DNA from: an archaeon
GTDB lineage: Archaea; Iainarchaeota; Iainarchaeia; Iainarchaeales; Iainarchaeaceae
NCBI GenBank assembly: GCA_035289625.1
Contig: DATDWP010000021.1
Location: 16,053-80,052, forward strand
DNA: 64,000 bases
Reading direction: 5' to 3'
Position 1 is the stretch's first letter. Every line of letters starts with the position of its first letter. This document shows, piece after piece, positions 1-10,533 of this stretch. Below the pieces are notes generated by a model. That model saw only the letters and a list, made by a program, of their open reading frames with translations, ran no database searches and was not told the origin of the DNA. The translations under genes were made by a program, and so were the position numbers.

Positions 1-1659
1 CTTCTAACATTCATCCTTCTTGGAAGATACCTCGAGGCCGTAGCCAAAGGGAAAACATCCGAGGCAATAAAGAGGCTCATAGGCCTTGCGCCAAAAACAG
101 CACTGATAATGCGGGAAGGAAAAGAAACAGAAATCCCGATCAAGCAGGTTGTTGTAGGGGACATAATAATTGTAAAGCCGGGAAACAAGATACCGGTTGA
201 CGGAACCATCGTTAACGGGGTTAGCAGCATTGATGAGTCAATGATAACTGGGGAGAGCATGCCGGTGCACAAAAGAAAAGGGGACACGGTAATTGGAGGA
301 ACAATAAACACTACCGGCTCATTTACTTTCCGCGCGACAAAAATAGGCAAGGACACCATGCTTGCGCAGATAATAAAACTGGTTGAGGAAGCGCAAGGCA
401 GTAAAGCCCCAATACAAAAGCTTGCCGACACCGTTGCCGGCTATTTTGTTCACGCAGTAATTGTGCTCTCCGTGCTCGCATTCCTCTACTGGTTCTTTGT
501 TGCAGGCCAGACATTCATATTCGCACTCACAATACTGGTTTCAGTACTGGTAATATCGTGCCCGTGCGCAATGGGCCTTGCAACCCCCACAGCAGTCATG
601 ATTGGGACAGGAAAAGGCGCAGAGAACGGTGTTCTCATAAAGAATGCCCAAAGCCTTGAGATGCTGCACAAAGTAAAGACCATAGTATTTGACAAGACCG
701 GAACAATAACAAGAGGGCAGGCATCGGTCACGGAAATCTTGCCAACCGCACTTAAAGAACAGGAATTAATCTCGCTAGCAGCATCTGCGGAAAAAAACTC
801 CGAACACCACTTAGCGCAGGCAATTGTAAAAAAAGCCAAGGAAATGAAGGCAAAAATAACCGAACCAAAAACATTCAAGGCAATCCCGGGGCACGGAGTT
901 GAAGCTACTATTGGGACAAAGAAAGTCCTGATAGGCACTCTTGTGCTCATGAAAAAAACCGGAATAAAAATAAGTGACAATAAGATTTTGGAGATGCAAA
1001 AGCTCGAAGAACAGGGAAAAAGCGTCGTCATCGTTGCATTGAACCGAAAATATAGCGGAATGATTGCAATTGCAGACACCATAAAAGAGCACTCACATCA
1101 AGCAATAGAACAACTGCAAAACATGGGCTATGAAACAATAATGATAACAGGCGACAATGAGCGCACCGCGAATGCGATTGCAAAGCAGGTCGGGATTTCA
1201 AAAGTCCTTGCCCACGTACTCCCGCAGGACAAGTCGGAAGAAGTGAAAAAACTCCAGCAAAGCGGCAAGGTAGCATTTGTTGGCGATGGGATAAATGATG
1301 CCCCCGCACTTGCCCAAGCAGATGTCGGCATTGCAATAGGGAGCGGGACAGATGTTGCAATAGAGAGCGGCGGAATAGTGCTGGTGAAAAGCGATCTGCG
1401 CGACATAGTAACCGCAATAAAACTCAGCAAATACACGCTTGACAAAATAAAGCAAAACCTATTCTGGGCGTTTGGGTACAATGCAGTAGGAATACCGATA
1501 GCAATGGGAATCCTCTACCCCTTCACGGGTTTTTTGCTAAGCCCGGTGATAGCTGGGGCCGCAATGGCATTTAGCTCGGTTAGCGTTGTCTCTAATTCTC
1601 TGCTGATGAGAGGGTTCAAACCAAATTCCAAAAATGCCCCAACCGCAAACCTAAAATGA
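1..1659 (+). CDS. copA: Heavy-metal (Cu+) P1B-type ATPase, C-terminal ~550 aa; 5' end lies upstream of the window
   Basis: Frame 1 is open from nt 1 ([26 protein letters not shown]...). It carries the CPC membrane metal site ([12 protein letters not shown]), the DKTGTIT phosphorylation motif and the GDGINDAP hinge motif. Ends with a stop at 1659. Confidence 0.85.
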   Translation, partial: LLTFILLGRYLEAVAKGKTSEAIKRLIGLAPKTALIMREGKETEIPIKQVVVGDIIIVKPGNKIPVDGTIVNGVSSIDESMITGESMPVHKRKGDTVIGGTINTTGSFTFRATKIGKDTMLAQIIKLVEEAQGSKAPIQKLADTVAGYFVHAVIVLSVLAFLYWFFVAGQTFIFALTILVSVLVISCPCAMGLATPTAVMIGTGKGAENGVLIKNAQSLEMLHKVKTIVFDKTGTITRGQASVTEILPTALKEQELISLAASAEKNSEHHLAQAIVKKAKEMKAKITEPKTFKAIPGHGVEATIGTKKVLIGTLVLMKKTGIKISDNKILEMQKLEEQGKSVVIVALNRKYSGMIAIADTIKEHSHQAIEQLQNMGYETIMITGDNERTANAIAKQVGISKVLAHVLPQDKSEEVKKLQQSGKVAFVGDGINDAPALAQADVGIAIGSGTDVAIESGGIVLVKSDLRDIVTAIKLSKYTLDKIKQNLFWAFGYNAVGIPIAMGILYPFTGFLLSPVIAGAAMAFSSVSVVSNSLLMRGFKPNSKNAPTANLK

Positions 1660-1731
1660 CCCAGGCCTTGGCGATTGCCTATAACAAGAGATTTAAAGAA
1701 TTTGCCACTCAAAACATTTAGGTGAAAGAAC

Positions 1732-2808
1732 TTGACAACTAACCCGGGGCCGGAGTATTTTTTGGCACAGGAAAAATATGATCAAGCAAAAACCGCGCAG
1801 GCAAAAATCATCGCCCTCACAGAGATGATCAAATTCTGCCCGCGCCACAAGGCAAGCGAGAAACTGCTAGCTGAGCTTACATACAAACTATCCAAGCTAA
1901 AAAAGGAAGCCGAAACAGAGAAAATCCAACAAGCAGCGCGCGCAGGCGGCGGGCCATCCCTGAATGTCAAAAAAGACGGCGTAGGGCAGATTGCGATCCT
2001 AGGGGGGCCGAATTCGGGGAAGAGTTTTTTTCTAAAAGCCCTGACAGGAGTCAATGTTGAAATCGCGGATTACCCATTCACAACAACCAAGCCGGAAATC
2101 GGAATGATGAAATACAAAAATACCCTCGTCCAGGTTGTTGAAGTCCCGGCAATTGTTGAAGGGAGCTATGAGGGCAAGGCAAATGGCACACAGATGCTCA
2201 GCATTGCAAGGAATGCCGATGCACTCATAATAATGCACCGGGACGGGGCGGAAAAACAAATGATCCTAACTGAACTTTTAAAGAGCGGCATAATTGTTAC
2301 GCATAAAAAACCCAGGATAAAAATCGTGCAAAATTCAGATTACAATGGAATTACTATTGGCGGAAAGCAGTTTTTGAAAATACCCGAAAAAGACATCGAG
2401 GACACCCTCAAAGCGTGCGGGATACACAAGGCAAGCATTCTTTTAGAAGAAGACACCACAATGGAAAAGCTAACTGAAGCGCTTGATGAAACACTCGATT
2501 ACAAGAACGCCCTTTTCATACAAACAGCAGAGCCCCTCGGAAAGTTTGAAGATTTCAAGGCAAAAGTTTTCAGGCTGCTTGAAAAGATAATTGTGTACAC
2601 TAAAAAACCCGGCGAGGAAGCCGATCTAAACGACCCACTTGTCGTAAAAGACGGGTCGACAGTAAGTGATGTCGCAATGCTTGTGCACAAAGACATTGCA
2701 AGCAAACTGCAATTTGCAAAAGTATGGGGTTCGACAAAATTTGAAGGCCAAAGGGTCGGCAAAGATTACAAGCTAAAAGATGGCGATGTAGTGGAAATTG
2801 CCGCGTAA
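1732..2808 (+). CDS. DRG/Obg-family GTPase with C-terminal TGS-like domain
   Basis: P-loop GGPNSGKS, helical N-terminal region then the G domain, 358 aa. A TTG start was chosen by the ORF track, so the start is uncertain. Confidence 0.65.
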   Translation: MTTNPGPEYFLAQEKYDQAKTAQAKIIALTEMIKFCPRHKASEKLLAELTYKLSKLKKEAETEKIQQAARAGGGPSLNVKKDGVGQIAILGGPNSGKSFFLKALTGVNVEIADYPFTTTKPEIGMMKYKNTLVQVVEVPAIVEGSYEGKANGTQMLSIARNADALIIMHRDGAEKQMILTELLKSGIIVTHKKPRIKIVQNSDYNGITIGGKQFLKIPEKDIEDTLKACGIHKASILLEEDTTMEKLTEALDETLDYKNALFIQTAEPLGKFEDFKAKVFRLLEKIIVYTKKPGEEADLNDPLVVKDGSTVSDVAMLVHKDIASKLQFAKVWGSTKFEGQRVGKDYKLKDGDVVEIAA

Positions 2809-2864
2809 AACAGGCCTTTGGAAAGTTCGGTTTTGTTAGTATATTCACTCCCAAATCGTAAATT

Positions 2865-4442
2865 TTAGTGCTTGACCGCAACTTCCTCAATTGCCCCATC
2901 ACTAACATTTAGCATTCGCTGCGCTATTTTGTGAATAAAATACCTATCATGAGAGACAGCTAAAATCGCGCCATCATATCGCAGAAATGCATCCTCAATA
3001 ATTTCGCGCGCATCAACATCCAAATGGTTTGTTGGTTCATCTAGCAAGAGCAAATTCGGTTTGTCAATTAGAATTTTTAGCAAATTGAGCCTTGATTTTT
3101 CACCCATTGACAATTTTGAAATTGGTTTATAGACCTCATCGTCTGAAATAAACCCAACCATTGAAAGATGCTGGCGTGTCTTTGCTAAATCTTTTAAGAG
3201 CGCGTAAATTTCAGCATATAAAGTTACATCACTCGTCAGATCTTTTAACTCCTGATCAGCATACCCAACCTTAGCTTGGTGGTCAAAATTTATTGTACCC
3301 GAAAGCGGCTTTAATCTCCCTTCAATTGTTTTGAGAAAAGTACTCTTGCCAATCCCGTTCTCCCCCACTAAAATAATACGCTGGCCTGTTCCAATATTTA
3401 GGTTGATATCTGAAATAAGAGGTTTAGTGTAGCCAACATCAAGATGTTCAATTTCCAAAACAACACTTGAACGGATTGGAGATGCTTCAAAACGCGTATC
3501 GAATTTTGATTGGTCCATATCAGGCTTTTCAACAACCGCACGCTTTTCTAAAAGCCGCTCCCTGTATTTTCCCTGAGTAACTTTTTGCGGGCTTTTTCCG
3601 ATGCGCGCAATCTTATCCCTCTCATTTGCAAGGTATTCGTTTTCATTTTCGTATGCGGTTTTTTGCGCCTCAAAAGTAGCATTGCGCGCCTTCACATACG
3701 CTGAATAATTCCCATTGTACTTTATCCATTTCCCATTCTCCATTTTTATTATGGTGTCGCAGATCCTATCCAAAAAATAGCGGTCGTGCGTGACCATTAG
3801 AATAGTCCCTTTGAAGCCTTTCAAATATTTTTCCAAAATATCAAGCCGCTTAAAATCCAAATGGTTTGTTGGTTCATCCAGGAGCAAAAAGGCGGCATCA
3901 GAGCACAAAATCTGAGCAAGGGCAATAATTGCCCTCTGGCCGGTTGAGAGTTGCCCAACTTTTTGAGAAAGCCAGGAAGGCTCGATTTCAAGGGTTTGCA
4001 AAACCTCTTTTATTTTACTTGCCTTGCGCGGACTTTTAGGACTTGAAATCTTTGATTGCAGCTCAATAAAACGCTCAGTTAATTTAGTAACTAGGGCATT
4101 ATTTTGGTAAATAAGAGGGTCAGCTAGCTGCTTTTCAATATCTTTAAATTCATCTTCTAACGGCCCGTGGTGGTATGATGTTGCATTCTCCAAAAGGGTT
4201 TGCTCAACGGTTTTTTCTTTGCCCAGATCAATTTCTTGGGAAAAATAAGCAGCTTTACCATCATATTCTATTTCCCCCGTATAATCTGCCTTGCCTAAAA
4301 TTGCCTTGAGAAAAGTTGTTTTCCCCACTCCGTTGCGCCCAATTAACCCCACTTTTGAACCCGTTGCAACCCCAACACTTTGGTCTAGAAGTATCTCCCT
4401 TTTACCGATTGAAATTGAGATATTTTTAATGGAAAGTGCCAT
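2865..4442 (-). CDS. Soluble tandem-NBD ABC ATPase (ABC-F-like), no transmembrane domain
   Basis: Two Walker A motifs (GRNGVGKTT and GENGIGKST), two ABC signatures (LSTGQRAI and LSMGEKSRL) and two Walker B motifs (LLLDEPTNHLD). 525 aa. Confidence 0.75.
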   Translation of the reverse strand: MALSIKNISISIGKREILLDQSVGVATGSKVGLIGRNGVGKTTFLKAILGKADYTGEIEYDGKAAYFSQEIDLGKEKTVEQTLLENATSYHHGPLEDEFKDIEKQLADPLIYQNNALVTKLTERFIELQSKISSPKSPRKASKIKEVLQTLEIEPSWLSQKVGQLSTGQRAIIALAQILCSDAAFLLLDEPTNHLDFKRLDILEKYLKGFKGTILMVTHDRYFLDRICDTIIKMENGKWIKYNGNYSAYVKARNATFEAQKTAYENENEYLANERDKIARIGKSPQKVTQGKYRERLLEKRAVVEKPDMDQSKFDTRFEASPIRSSVVLEIEHLDVGYTKPLISDINLNIGTGQRIILVGENGIGKSTFLKTIEGRLKPLSGTINFDHQAKVGYADQELKDLTSDVTLYAEIYALLKDLAKTRQHLSMVGFISDDEVYKPISKLSMGEKSRLNLLKILIDKPNLLLLDEPTNHLDVDAREIIEDAFLRYDGAILAVSHDRYFIHKIAQRMLNVSDGAIEEVAVKH

Positions 4443-4572
4443 ATAGAAATAACCATCCCAATCATTTAAAATCCTGCCAATATGTTTGGAATTCCACTGC
4501 TCCAGAGGCTTTTGATTTGAACTGAAGGCTTTATAAAATAATTAAAAATCTACTATATTAAGAGGCATAAAA

Positions 4573-4926
4573 ATGAAAATCGTAGAAGAGTTCTCGGAAT
4601 TTTTGAAAAAATACCAAGTGCTAGGGCTTGCGGTTGCATTCATAATTGGCGCAGCCTCAACTAAACTTGTAACCGCGCTTGTAAATGACATTATAATGCC
4701 GCTTGTCGGAATTGCAATACCTAACGGAGACTGGAGAAGCCTAACACTGCCTGTAGGAAACGCGCAACTATTAGTAGGGGACTTTTTAGGGGCACTTGTT
4801 GATTTTGTAATAATTGCAATTGTGGTCTTTGGAGTCGTAAAATTTATAATGAAGGAACACTCTGCAGAGAAGCGCCGGGATACGAAATATTCTAGAAAGC
4901 CTAAAGGCCAAATAGCGTTACAATAA
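4573..4926 (+). CDS. mscL: Large-conductance mechanosensitive channel MscL
   Basis: 117 aa. The N-terminal amphipathic helix plus TM1 (LKKYQVLGLAVAFIIGAASTKLVTALVNDIIMPLVG) is typical of MscL, followed by a second TM and a charged tail. Confidence 0.7.
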   Translation: MKIVEEFSEFLKKYQVLGLAVAFIIGAASTKLVTALVNDIIMPLVGIAIPNGDWRSLTLPVGNAQLLVGDFLGALVDFVIIAIVVFGVVKFIMKEHSAEKRRDTKYSRKPKGQIALQ

Positions 4927-5107
4927 GCAAGTTGAGTTGCCTAACCCCAAAATGACGTCTTTTGTTTTGGATGCCTGAATGCAGGCCTCTAAAAGCCCAC
5001 AAATGGCAAAACCAGGACAGATCTTTTATTTGGCCTCCACAATTGTACAACACAGCGGCAAATTGAGGCCAAGCGGCATTTTTTGATTTGAACAAGGAAC
5101 GCTTATT

Positions 5108-7036
5108 TTACCCGCGCTTATAAATCGTAACTTGCGGGTTTTCAAAAACCTTTGCAAGGGAGGGGTCGGAATCGAGGGAATTGTTGCCAATTAGTTTTTC
5201 ATACTCCCCAACCCAAACAAAATCAATCCTTGCCGGAGGGTTTTGCGGGTCTGAATTTTCATATATTGAAATTATCCGCATGGCCGCTTCATGCGAGTAG
5301 AAGAAAATATTCCCCTCTTTTCCGTTTTCCCTAATTTCTTTCTGCACATCCTGCGGCCAGGAGGCAATCTGATCTTCAAACTTCTTTTCTGACCAGACAC
5401 CGGTTGCGTGATAGAGGAAATGGAACGGGAAATTTGCCGCAAGCGCTTTTTCATGCAATAGCAAATCCTGTTCACTTGCAACAGGCCCAGTTACAGAATG
5501 AATGCTAAGAGTATCTTTTTGCGGAGTAAACAGCCAATTGATTGTATCTTTTCTAACTCCAAAAAATTTGTAGGCAAAACCCACACGCTTCTCTATTTCA
5601 CCATTTTTTGCAGAAGTAAGAAAGCCATTTGGGTAGAATACATAAAGCCCGGTATCGGCACTTATCCGAGAATTTGTCTGGGCGCTAAGTGCGAGCACAA
5701 CATCTTCTTTTGAGGAATTTTCCTCAAGCCATTCAAGGGCCTGGCGCTGCTGCGGGGAAATTGTATATGCGGCGCAGCCGCTTTGAGCGCAACGAAGCTC
5801 AGTGTAGTGGAATTGCGTTACTAGCCCTAAGAAAAGTGCGGCAAGAAGCAAAATTGCCCACGCACTATTTTTGATTTGATCTGGAACTGTAATTTTTGGA
5901 AAGGCAACTTTCAGAGAACCGGCTTTCCATAGGGCAAAAAGGGAAACCAAGAAAATTAGCGACATTTGATCGGCAACCTGGTTTTGCCAGTGCAATACTG
6001 CAAGATTCACCCCGAAAACTACCTGCAAATTCATCCCGACAACTGACCCTAAAAGGATGCCGGCAAGCAAAACCCTTTGCATATCCCATTTTTTTATAAG
6101 AAAATATGCCCCCGCTAAAAGGGCAAGGTATTTGAGGGTGGGGACTGTATAATAGGGGCGGCTTACCTCCCCAAAACCTAAGCGAAGAACCAAATCACCG
6201 GAAAGACCTGAAAAAGCATTTAGGGCAAGATTTGCAAGGTATGGAAGGGCCACAATTGCTGCAGTTGCAAAAATAAGAATTGAGTGCAGTGGCAATGATT
6301 TTAGAATATTTCCAGCCCCCGCTTTTTTTGAATTCCATTCATATAAAAGCACAATAAATAGCCCTGCAAAAAATGCAACGTAGTAAAAGTAGACGTAAAC
6401 TAAAAGCCCTGCAAAAAAGCCCGCAACAACCGCATCTTTTGCCTTTTTTGTTTCAAATGACTTTAAGGTAAAATAAATCGCCAGCAAAAAGAACGGAAGT
6501 GTTGCTATCGGGGAATGGAACCTATCTATGAAAAGGTATGTCGAGGACAGAAGTTTTGAAATATTTACCAAAAGTTCTGGTATCCAGGGACTGAAGAGAT
6601 CAAAAATATTCGGAAAGAGGGTAAAGAGCGCGCTTATTGCAATGCGATTGCCATTGCCTTTTACCCACAGGCCAAACAATAACCATGACAGCAAAAAAAT
6701 CGCAACCGCCCCGGCAAATTTCATTATTATTATCCAATAATTGCCGACAAGCGAATATAGTGCCCCTGCAATAAGGAATGGAAGCCACTCACGCGAGGGA
6801 ATGGTTTTGGATAGTTCGAAGACCTGGGGCTCGGTTACCCAACCGTGCAAAGAAACATGCTTTACAATGGCCGAATACATTGTAAAATCAAGAGTGCGTA
6901 TTGTTGGGCTAAAATAGTGGAATGGGTAAAACTGCTCCCCAGCGAGCGCCATCACAAGAACATCCGAGAGAACTATTATCGCTGCAAGTGAAAATGCGCA
7001 AAGCACCAAAATTACTTTCCAGCCCCTACCTTTCAC
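5108..7036 (-). CDS. Polytopic membrane protein (about 12 predicted TM helices) with a ~200-aa C-terminal soluble domain; candidate GT-C-type glycosyltransferase or glycan-processing membrane enzyme
   Basis: 642 aa. Hydrophobic segments run through the first ~430 aa and are followed by a hydrophilic tail. It is the last gene of the minus-strand glyco-operon. The function is inferred from architecture only. Confidence 0.45.
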   Translation of the reverse strand: MKGRGWKVILVLCAFSLAAIIVLSDVLVMALAGEQFYPFHYFSPTIRTLDFTMYSAIVKHVSLHGWVTEPQVFELSKTIPSREWLPFLIAGALYSLVGNYWIIIMKFAGAVAIFLLSWLLFGLWVKGNGNRIAISALFTLFPNIFDLFSPWIPELLVNISKLLSSTYLFIDRFHSPIATLPFFLLAIYFTLKSFETKKAKDAVVAGFFAGLLVYVYFYYVAFFAGLFIVLLYEWNSKKAGAGNILKSLPLHSILIFATAAIVALPYLANLALNAFSGLSGDLVLRLGFGEVSRPYYTVPTLKYLALLAGAYFLIKKWDMQRVLLAGILLGSVVGMNLQVVFGVNLAVLHWQNQVADQMSLIFLVSLFALWKAGSLKVAFPKITVPDQIKNSAWAILLLAALFLGLVTQFHYTELRCAQSGCAAYTISPQQRQALEWLEENSSKEDVVLALSAQTNSRISADTGLYVFYPNGFLTSAKNGEIEKRVGFAYKFFGVRKDTINWLFTPQKDTLSIHSVTGPVASEQDLLLHEKALAANFPFHFLYHATGVWSEKKFEDQIASWPQDVQKEIRENGKEGNIFFYSHEAAMRIISIYENSDPQNPPARIDFVWVGEYEKLIGNNSLDSDPSLAKVFENPQVTIYKRG

Positions 7037-7053
7037 CTAAATTCACCTAATTT

Positions 7054-7710
7054 TCAAACTCCAATATTTTGCAAAATATTTCCCAAAGCCCTCTTATTTG
7101 CGCCAAAAACAAACTTTAAGCCTGATTTTTTTGCGCAGGCCCTATCATCCAAATCCCCCACAAAAACAACATCACCTCTTTTGCACCCAAGCCTTTTCAG
7201 GGCAAGTTTTATTATACGCCCATCCGGTTTTTCCCTTCCGGCCTCTTCTGAAGTTATCACAAAATCAACTAAATGCGCTATTCCTAAAGAAAGGCACTTT
7301 TCGAGCTGTATTTGGGTTGTGAGGTTGGTTACAATCGCAACTTTGAGGCCTGCGCGTTTGCAGCCCGATAGGAATTTTTTCATTTCTTTGGTTATTTTCA
7401 TTTTTGAAAAATAAGCCCTCCAGAATTGCCTTTCCAGACCCAAAGTAAATTTTACATTTGTTCGCCCTTCAAAAATTTCAACTGCCCTTTTAATATACAA
7501 CAGGCGCGAATGAGAAGCTGCCTGGCCTTTTGTATTTGCCTTTATTTGAGATCTTGCGGATTCATAAATTTTTTCCGCCCTCTTTTTCCCGACCCCGTAC
7601 TTTTTTGAAAGGGCAAAAATTACTTTTTTGGAAGCAAAATTATTGCACACGCGATAGCCATACAACGTATCATCAAGATCTAGCAGGATTGCGCGAATCA
7701 TCCGCTCCAC
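7054..7710 (-). CDS. HAD-superfamily hydrolase/phosphatase
   Basis: N-terminal HAD motif I ILLDLDDTLY and C-terminal VGDLDD (motif IV-like). 218 aa. Confidence 0.7.
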   Translation of the reverse strand: MERMIRAILLDLDDTLYGYRVCNNFASKKVIFALSKKYGVGKKRAEKIYESARSQIKANTKGQAASHSRLLYIKRAVEIFEGRTNVKFTLGLERQFWRAYFSKMKITKEMKKFLSGCKRAGLKVAIVTNLTTQIQLEKCLSLGIAHLVDFVITSEEAGREKPDGRIIKLALKRLGCKRGDVVFVGDLDDRACAKKSGLKFVFGANKRALGNILQNIGV

Positions 7711-8300
7711 CTATCTGTTAGCCCTTTCGAACACATTATAGCGTCAATGTGAATTTTATTTTTCTCCAGGTATTTTTTATATTTTTCAATTTTCTGCGGC
7801 TGGCCCCATCTCTCAGGGCTTACCAGGAAAATCTTAAACCCCGCGCGCCTTATTTTTTTATAGGCATTTTTTGTGAGGGGGAGCTTTGTAAAAGTATCAA
7901 CCCAAACCCAATTGACTTTCCCTTTTAACGCAAGCGAATTTTCAAGTGTCTCAAATTCCGAGAAACGCACCGCAATGTTTTTCTCCCCCTTGGCCAAAAG
8001 TTTTAAAATTGCCGGAAAAGTAATGTCCAAGAAAAAATAATCCCTTATCCCGTGCCTTTTAACAATATCAAGGACCTCGTTTTCAATCCCCTCGGTCTTT
8101 ACATTAAGAAGCATAAATTTGTGCTTATAATTTGCACAATAGTCCTCAAATAAATCCCCGTTTTCAAACGGGTCGTGGTGCAGAATTAATTTTTTGCCAT
8201 CGTTGCGTATATCTATTTCAACGCCCAACTCGTGCGGAATTGTAAGCAGCTCCCCTATGGTATTTACCGCATGCACAACCATTATTGGCTTTTTTTCCAT
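7698..8300 (-). CDS. Glycerophosphodiester phosphodiesterase (GDPD)/PI-PLC-like TIM-barrel protein (tentative)
   Basis: VVHAVNTIGEL...GVEIDIRNDGKKLILHHDPF resembles the GDPD H..N.. / E.D.. / HD motif series. 200 aa. The start may be the internal Met at 8282. Confidence 0.4.
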   Translation of the reverse strand: MEKKPIMVVHAVNTIGELLTIPHELGVEIDIRNDGKKLILHHDPFENGDLFEDYCANYKHKFMLLNVKTEGIENEVLDIVKRHGIRDYFFLDITFPAILKLLAKGEKNIAVRFSEFETLENSLALKGKVNWVWVDTFTKLPLTKNAYKKIRRAGFKIFLVSPERWGQPQKIEKYKKYLEKNKIHIDAIMCSKGLTDRWSG

Positions 8301-10531
8301 AAATGCGCCCTCAAGTTTAATGTAAAATCAATTGTCCTTTTAATGAATCGCATCCTTGACCCAAGCCCCAAATTCCAGCTCGATTTTCCGAACTTCCGAG
8401 CGCCAAATGCAACAGGGAAGCGAATTATTTTAAGGCCGGCCTCTTTTGCCTTATAGAGCGCATATAGATCAAAAGAGAAATCATCCGGGCCATCTAAAAT
8501 ATGTGGCAAAAAAGATGAGTGGAAAAGATTTGGCTGCGCATTAATATCCTCCAGCCATCTCCCAAGCACCATGCTGCAAAATACTGACATCCCAAAAGAG
8601 AAAAAAGAATCCGAAAAACCCCTCCCTAACCTTCTCCCTTTGACAAAAACATTTCCCCCTCTTGCTTTTGCGATTTCAAATGCCCTGAAAACATCTTGCG
8701 GATCTGCCTGCAAATCTGCATGTGTCCAGCACAAGAACTTTCCCCCCGCCTTGTCCAGCCCTTTTTTTACCCCATTTCCATACCCAATATTGGAAGCAAC
8801 ATCAACTTTTTTTATAAAATTGTATTTGCTGAAACAAAGCCGTTCGAGCACTTGTGCACTCTTATCGGTCGAACCGTTATTTACAAGTATTAATTCAAAA
8901 TTTCCCTTGTGAAACCGCGAGAATTTTTCCGCAAGCAGCGGCAAATTTTTTTCCTCATTATAGCACGGAATTACAACAGAAAGCCCCACTAGCCCAAAAT
9001 ACTTCTGCCAATACTCATATGTGTTCAGATCATCCGGTGTTCCCAAAACAACATATTTTTCAACTTCAAAAACCTTCACTTTTCCCCCCTTTTCAATTAA
9101 TTCATTTGGCACGGCATCTGCATAAAACTCATTATTTATGCTTCTTCCCTTTACAATCATTTCCTTAGCGCTATCAAAAAAATCCCCGGCTTTTTTGTAA
9201 TAAAATATCCCGCAAACAGCATGGTCTTGGGTTGGATTTTTGGATATTGGGATTTTGCAAAAAACCCATTCAACACCATTCCCTTTTGCCGTCTTTACCC
9301 ACCCATACGCTTCCGGTTTCCTTCTGACCGCAGCATTATTCCTGAATGTCCAAATAATAGAACCAACTCCCTTTTCCTTAACCGCGCTTAGGAGTTTTTT
9401 GCCGCTAAACAGCACTTTATTGTCGCACGCCGCAATAAGAAGCGCGGAATTTTTATCAATAAAATTTTGTGCAAGAAGGCAGGTTGACGCCTGCCCTGTT
9501 GTTGGCTTTTGAGCAACCACTATTTTTGCGCGGGGGAAATATTTTTTGATTTCTGAATCTACTGAAAATTTTTCCACATGCTCTTTTGAGCAGACAAAAA
9601 CATGCTCATCACATTGCGGCAACGATTCTAGCGCATGAACAAACATGGGTTTTCCAAAAATATCTATAAGCGGCTTTGCCTCTTTATATCCGGCATCGGC
9701 AAATCTCTTTCCGGCCCCTGCCATTGGAATCAGAAGAGTTGTTTTGGGCGGCATTTTTACAAGATTTGTTTTTTTGCTTTGCGCAAAATATTCCGACCAA
9801 TAAATGTACTCCTCAAGATCTGACGGTGTGCCCCACTGCAGAAAATGCCTGACATCATAAACAAAAATACGCTTTCTGTCCCGCAGCAAGAGCCCATAAA
9901 CCGAACTCACATAATACTCACCGTTAACAGAAAGCCCGCTTTCCATAAGTCCTGAAAAATATTTTTTCAAAAGGGCGCCTGATGAAAAGAAATATGTGCC
10001 CGCTGAATGGTAGGATTTTGTCAAATCCTGCGTAAATGAGTGCTTTTCACGAATTTCGAGCAACTGCTTATTCGCATCAACCCTCATTCCCGCATACTTG
10101 TTTGGCCAGGTTAGATGCGGATGAAATGAACTATATCCGGTAATGCCACCGTCCCATTTGCCTGAAATGGCCTTTTTTACAAACGCCGCATAATCCCATG
10201 TCGCAAAAAAATCGCAATAATTCACGAGTACCGGCTCGTCATCTTTTATATGCAAGGCCGCCTGCATAACCGCATACACCGGCCCGAATTTGTGCTTTTC
10301 AATCCCTACTATTTTCCCGCGGGGGGACGATGCCAAGAGCACTTTTTTTAGCGGGGTTTTTTCCAAATGCTCTTTATTGCATATGAAAATGAAATCCTCC
10401 TCTTTTGGGAACATCCCGATTACATGCTCAATGATCGGCTTTCCGTCAACCTCAATGAGGGGCTTTATTTCCCTATACCCCCCATCCCTGAACCTTTTCC
10501 CTTCCCCCGACATTGGAATTACGATCTGCAT
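8282..10531 (-). CDS. Fusion protein: two sugar-phosphate nucleotidyltransferase-like domains plus a C-terminal family-2 glycosyltransferase
   Basis: NT-domain 1 IVIPMSGEGKRF, NT-domain 2 LLIPMAGAGKRFADAGYKEAKPL, then GT2 LSVVIPCYNEEKNLPLLAEKF...ELILVNNGSTDKS. 749 aa. Confidence 0.65.
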   Translation of the reverse strand: MQIVIPMSGEGKRFRDGGYREIKPLIEVDGKPIIEHVIGMFPKEEDFIFICNKEHLEKTPLKKVLLASSPRGKIVGIEKHKFGPVYAVMQAALHIKDDEPVLVNYCDFFATWDYAAFVKKAISGKWDGGITGYSSFHPHLTWPNKYAGMRVDANKQLLEIREKHSFTQDLTKSYHSAGTYFFSSGALLKKYFSGLMESGLSVNGEYYVSSVYGLLLRDRKRIFVYDVRHFLQWGTPSDLEEYIYWSEYFAQSKKTNLVKMPPKTTLLIPMAGAGKRFADAGYKEAKPLIDIFGKPMFVHALESLPQCDEHVFVCSKEHVEKFSVDSEIKKYFPRAKIVVAQKPTTGQASTCLLAQNFIDKNSALLIAACDNKVLFSGKKLLSAVKEKGVGSIIWTFRNNAAVRRKPEAYGWVKTAKGNGVEWVFCKIPISKNPTQDHAVCGIFYYKKAGDFFDSAKEMIVKGRSINNEFYADAVPNELIEKGGKVKVFEVEKYVVLGTPDDLNTYEYWQKYFGLVGLSVVIPCYNEEKNLPLLAEKFSRFHKGNFELILVNNGSTDKSAQVLERLCFSKYNFIKKVDVASNIGYGNGVKKGLDKAGGKFLCWTHADLQADPQDVFRAFEIAKARGGNVFVKGRRLGRGFSDSFFSFGMSVFCSMVLGRWLEDINAQPNLFHSSFLPHILDGPDDFSFDLYALYKAKEAGLKIIRFPVAFGARKFGKSSWNLGLGSRMRFIKRTIDFTLNLRAHLWKKSQ

Positions 10532-10533
10532 CC

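Noticed and set aside
323-1481. Several 60-200-aa minus-strand ORFs (323..514, 486..1082, 811..1092, 1028..1417, 1128..1481, 1198..1455) inside the copA region
   Set aside because: They lie antisense or out of frame within a strongly supported P-type ATPase CDS, and their translations are low-complexity and Cys/Arg-rich. They are shadow ORFs of an AT-rich genome, not genes.
8232-9512. Plus-strand ORFs (8232..8456, 8571..8912, 8696..8893, 8854..9168, 9240..9512) opposite the NT-NT-GT2 gene
   Set aside because: They are antisense to a long, motif-rich CDS and Pro/Phe/Ser-rich, typical reverse-frame artefacts.
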